Source of the DNA: Candidatus Kaiserbacteria bacterium RIFCSPLOWO2_01_FULL_50_24
GTDB taxonomy: Bacteria; Patescibacteriota; Minisyncoccia; Phycocordibacterales; UBA2100
Direction: 5' to 3'
NCBI GenBank assembly: GCA_001783335.1
Contig: MFLU01000015.1
Span: forward strand, 1-56,887
Length of the DNA: 56,887 nucleotides
Part shown: in pieces, positions 56,283-56,887 of the stretch
Layout of the letters: every line of letters starts with the position of its first letter
Position numbering within the stretch: the first letter of the stretch is position 1
The notes under the pieces: generated by a model
What the model was told of the DNA's origin: nothing
Database searches by the model: none
The model's input: only the letters and a program-made list of their open reading frames with translations
Made by a program: the position numbers and the translations under genes

Positions 56283-56394
56283 AGCGGGAAACGAACTCGT
56301 TGCCTGCATTCCAGCTGTTCGGGTTGGAGGGCGAGTAGGCCTCGACGTTCCAGCCATCGTCGTTCCAGTTGGCGTTCAGAGCCCAGAGCACGTT
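56283..56394 (-). repeat. DGR template repeat (TR)
   Basis: 112 nt matching 56713-56824. It has 25 A on the minus strand, 18 of them substituted in the VR. It reads AAC-rich codons (NANWNDDGWNVEAY..NSWNAGNE). Confidence 0.85.
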
Positions 56395-56632
56395 AATGCG
56401 CAAAACCATCCATATCGCTATCACTGCGGTTCGAATACTCTAATCCGCTGTATCTGATTTGGGACATAAAAGTCCACCAGTTTTGCACACCGATCCTATT
56501 TCTTTTTTGTGAGCGCCCTTCGGGCACGCTCGCGCGCGGCGTACCATTCACGATTCTGTCCCGAAGATGCCCGAGGGGCTGCGCGAGAGCCGTAGCCTTC
56601 GCGCCAGAGCGCTCCTTGTGTATCACTATATC

Positions 56633-56685
56633 AAAAAATCGACCCTTCAATTTCCTGCCAAAGTGGCAAAAAATCAAAGGGTCGA
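56633..56685 (-). terminator. Branched hairpin plus T6 downstream of the DGR target gene
   Basis: Outer stem 'tcgaccctt'/'aagggtcga', inner 'tgcca-aag-tggca', T6 on the minus strand. It starts about 25 nt after the target stop. Confidence 0.5.
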
Positions 56686-56710
56686 AAAGTCTAGAGCAAA
56701 GTTTTTAGGA

Positions 56711-56887
56711 TCAGCGGGAAACGAACCCGCGGCCTGCATCCCAGCGGAACGGGTTGGAGGGCGAGAGGGCCTCGACGAACCAGCCACCGCCGCTCCAGAG
56801 GGCGCCCAGAGCCCAGAGCACGCTGTTGCCGTCGTTGTCCTTGACGAGGACGTAACCAGCCGTCCACGTAAGATTGCCGACAGCTTG
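56711..56887 (-). CDS. DGR target protein, C-terminal 58 aa only (5' end outside window)
   Basis: The minus frame from the window edge reads 'QAVGNLTWTAGYVLVKDNDGNSVLWALGALWSGGGWFVEALSPSNPFRWDAGRGFVSR*'. The '..GFV/R' ending is typical of CLec/FGE-like DGR targets. Confidence 0.75.
   Translation of the reverse strand, partial: QAVGNLTWTAGYVLVKDNDGNSVLWALGALWSGGGWFVEALSPSNPFRWDAGRGFVSR
56713..56824 (-). repeat. DGR variable repeat (VR) at the C-terminus of the target gene
   Basis: Same register as the TR. There are 19 mismatches, 18 at TR adenines. Confidence 0.85.

Noticed and set aside
56393-56677. 94-aa minus-strand ORF in the VR-TR spacer
   Set aside because: It starts inside the terminator hairpin and ends inside the TR, has no SD and no recognisable motif. 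It most likely reflects chance openness of the DGR spacer.

Overview
A roughly 50% G+C bacterial chromosomal segment with about 47 protein genes on both strands. No rRNA genes, tRNA genes or CRISPR arrays are visible. Gene content is mostly housekeeping: obg, purH, typA, an ABC-2 exporter pair, E1 alpha/beta of a 2-oxoacid dehydrogenase, a P-type ATPase, uppP, and a thymidylate cluster (folA-thyA-dcd/tmk-glyA). There are many secreted or cell-wall-associated proteins (M23, NlpC/P60, CAP, S41, M16, M14, M29, PG-binding proteins) and two giant repeat proteins. It also carries the prkA-yeaH-spoVR triad, three GH130 modules plus a eukaryotic-type phosphomannomutase, and two eukaryote-like chromatin-domain proteins (SWIB, SET). 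This mix suggests a small-genome, possibly CPR/Parcubacteria-like organism, which is inference only.

The strongest signal is at the 3' end of the window: a complete diversity-generating retroelement (DGR). It has an RT with LGNLTSQ/YADD motifs, an Avd with the GRMTGGW signature, and a 112-nt template repeat at 56283-56394. The variable repeat at 56713-56824 forms the C-terminus of a target gene that runs off the window. The two repeats differ at 19 positions, 18 of them at template adenines.

This DGR has two unusual features. An 11-nt C/G homopolymer separates the only ATG start of the RT from the RT body by one frame, which could be a phase switch or an assembly error. The avd gene is inverted between TR and RT.

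The window is also dense in small repeat families:
- a TTACGAA-core palindrome family with about 10 copies, two of them in frame inside uppP and folA
- a structured 98-150 nt MITE-like element with GTAA/TTAC target-site duplications, one copy interrupting a small wHTH gene whose frame is restored by precise excision
- five AT-rich foldback elements filling intergenic spacers, two of which share a conserved core hairpin
- TTGGGAGTT palindromes
- a G+C-rich mini-island bracketed by related hairpins

All calls come from reading the sequence and the ORF track. No database searches or folding computations were run.
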